Source: a virus. Taken from it: DNA of 42,697 nucleotides. Below are positions 41,188-42,697 of the stretch, piece by piece. The DNA lies in IMG/VR virus record IMGVR_UViG_2639762614_000001, positions 1 through 42,697 of that record; one strand, written 5' to 3'. Every line of letters begins with the position of its first letter. Positions within the stretch are counted from its first letter, which is position 1. The notes beneath the pieces are model-generated. The model saw only the letters and a list, made by a program, of their open reading frames with translations. It was not told the origin of the DNA and searched no databases. A program made the translations under genes and the position numbers.

Positions 41188-41836
41188 AGCACCACCCCCA
41201 TGCCGGCCAACCCGACCAGGGCAAGGCCGATCGCGAGCACGAGCAGGCCGACCGCCCGCGGGTCGACTGTCGCGCGGTCGGTACTTCCTCCACAGCCTCC
41301 CTCAAGTTCCCGCAGGATTGCGGCCAGATCCGACGAATCGAACATCCCGGCTCCTGTCCGGTGGTCGCGACCGAGTTTCAGCATGATAGCGACCGCAGGA
41401 TTGCGGCCAGATCCGACGAATCGAACATCCCGGCTCCTGTCCGGTGGTCGCGACCGAGTTTCAGCATGATAGCGTCCTTCCGCTCCTGCTTTGACTCGTC
41501 AGCGAGGAAGCCGATCCCGAGTTCTTTGCAGATAAGAGTCACTTCATCGTCCAACAGGGTCTTGTGGCGTTCCGTTCCGATCTCGGCGGCGTAACGCGAC
41601 GGGTCGGATCCAATCTTCTCGGCAATCCGGCGCTTGATCTCGCCGTGATCGAGAGTCGTTGTATCGGCTCGAATCCCGCCGTCGGGCTTGGCGACCGGCC
41701 GGTCGTCGTCATCATCGTTGTAGACGCCGGCACAGACGGCACAGATCACGTCGCCGTCGTCGTTGTGATGGGCGTTCTGCTTCCTGACGTAGCGGTCCGA
41801 GAGCCAACTGTTGCAGTCGGCGCAGTGGGGCATCAC
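41184..41836 (-). pseudogene. Zinc-ribbon protein with a C-terminal TM anchor, frameshifted by an 83-nt tandem duplication (189 aa if one copy is removed)
   Basis: Track ORFs 41378..41836(-) and 41184..41384(-) both contain MLKLGRDHRTGAGMFDSSDLAAILR. 653 - 83 = 570 nt restores one ORF ending in LLVLAIGLALVGLAGMGVVL. Confidence 0.7.
41310..41474. repeat. Perfect head-to-tail duplication: 41310-41391 = 41393-41474 (82 nt) with 1-nt spacer a41392
   Basis: Direct comparison of the sequence lines shows period 83. Confidence 0.95.
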
Positions 41837-42696
41837 ATCTCACCCCCGTCGCGTTTGTTATCCGTGTCTACCGAACGCTCTATGAACTGTGCCGTATTTC
41901 GCAGTTCGTAACCTGCTGGTTCTACGTCTCCGTTCTGTAAGTCTGTAGCCACCCGATCAAGCCTGTTCGCAACCTCTAACAGAAGTTCGTCGTATTCTTC
42001 TGTTGCATCGTGGTAGCCATTCCGATAGGCGTTCATCTCAGAACCGTGTTCACTATCGCTCAAGGATGTCCCGCCGTCGGCGACGGCCCGCTGCTGGACC
42101 GTCTGACAGAACGGGCAGCGCCCGCCGTCCTCGACCGTGACGTGGTTGACGTCGGCCGCCGCCGGGCACTTGTGGGCGACGTGGTCGTGGTCGATCTCGA
42201 GGTCGCTCTGACAGTCGGGACAGCTCGTGATCGCGATCGCGCCGCGGGCGACGACCGTCTGGTAGTCGCAGGGCTCACACACGAGCACGACGAGGTCGTC
42301 GGGATCGCGGCCGCCGTCGGCTCGCAACTCACTGGCCGTCGCGAAGTCCCCGCCGTCGGGGACGGTCGCGTCGTCTTCGGTGTCGGCGTCGGCCTCGAGA
42401 TAGGCCACGCAGTCCTCGCAGGTGTGGGCCTCGGCGAGTCGGCGCGGGTCCTCCCGGACATCCGCCACCGGCGTCTCGAGGATCTCGCCACAAGCGCTGA
42501 CGTGCTCGCTTCCTTCGAAGTGCATCGAGGCGTGCCAGGTCTCGTCGAGATCTTGGACCCAGCAGTGGACGCCGTCGTCGGTGCCGAAGTGATCCGAGGG
42601 AACGCCGTGGCGGTCCTCGAGCGAACAGTCCTTACAGACGCGACGGCCGGGGGCGGTCGGCAGCCCACACTGCGTGCACTCTCTACTCATCGCCAT
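41833..42696 (-). CDS. Cysteine-rich protein with several CxxC zinc-ribbon pairs (287 aa)
   Basis: CTQC..CKDC, CEDC, CEPC..CPDC, C..CPFC. The first 83 codons lie in the terminal overlap. Confidence 0.7.
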   Translation of the reverse strand: MAMSRECTQCGLPTAPGRRVCKDCSLEDRHGVPSDHFGTDDGVHCWVQDLDETWHASMHFEGSEHVSACGEILETPVADVREDPRRLAEAHTCEDCVAYLEADADTEDDATVPDGGDFATASELRADGGRDPDDLVVLVCEPCDYQTVVARGAIAITSCPDCQSDLEIDHDHVAHKCPAAADVNHVTVEDGGRCPFCQTVQQRAVADGGTSLSDSEHGSEMNAYRNGYHDATEEYDELLLEVANRLDRVATDLQNGDVEPAGYELRNTAQFIERSVDTDNKRDGGEM

Positions 42697-42697
42697 C
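42449..42697. repeat. Right copy of the exact 249-bp terminal overlap
   Basis: Identical to 1-249. Confidence 0.95.

Larger units (their letters stand above)
1..42697. mobile_element. Complete genome of a temperate tailed archaeal (haloarchaeal-type) virus / excised provirus; circular unit 42,448 bp
   Basis: End overlap 1-249 = 42449-42697. Full head-tail morphogenesis module, tyrosine integrase, MCM and Orc1/Cdc6. Acidic proteome and high G+C. Confidence 0.85.

Overview
The window is one complete, circularly closed genome. Its first 249 nt are identical to its last 249 nt, so the unique length is 42,448 bp. It is a temperate tailed (sipho-like, HK97-type) archaeal virus or excised provirus, almost certainly haloarchaeal. 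Supporting signs are high G+C, very acidic predicted proteins, Orc1/Cdc6 and MCM replication genes, a Tat/lipobox lipoprotein, a CPxCG zinc-finger miniprotein, and TATA-to-ATG spacing typical of leaderless transcripts.

Most genes lie on the minus strand in tightly coupled operons (ATGA/TGATG overlaps):
- A ~19-kb morphogenesis block (30.8 kb down to 12.0 kb): TerS, TerL, portal, MuF/SPP1-gp7, scaffold, major capsid protein, connectors, major tail protein, a G/G-T chaperone needing a -1 frameshift, tape measure, and distal tail and fibre proteins.
- A replication block (39.3 kb down to 33.7 kb): MCM next to an inverted-repeat/iteron origin, and a DUF5131 (Gp37/Gp68) protein.
- A separate Orc1/Cdc6 gene at 2.7-3.8 kb.
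- An operon of unknown genes that runs across the circular junction.

Plus-strand genes look like lysogeny or accessory functions: tyrosine integrase, wHTH and RHH regulators, an HNH nuclease, a J-domain protein, and secreted or membrane proteins.

The most unusual observations are:
1. A ~1.9-kb AT-richer region (9.0-10.9 kb) built from a triplicated cassette: an identical 24-nt promoter/5' end, a small paralogous gene, and a ~185-nt element with two conserved hairpins. The hairpins show compensatory and G-U changes that fit a plus-strand RNA.
2. A ~320-nt GC-rich non-coding, highly structured segment (31382-31700) inside the operon upstream of terS. It ends in a tRNA-like T-arm plus acceptor 3' half and a T-run, so it may be an attP core and/or a viral RNA.
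3. Two perfect head-to-tail duplications (249 nt and 82 nt, each with a 1-nt spacer) that frameshift two genes in the junction-spanning operon. They may be technical artefacts.
4. An iteron-rich origin beside MCM, with a second initiator gene elsewhere in the genome.

Everything here was read by eye from the sequence and ORF track. No database search, folding or statistics was run, so all family assignments are motif- and synteny-level calls.
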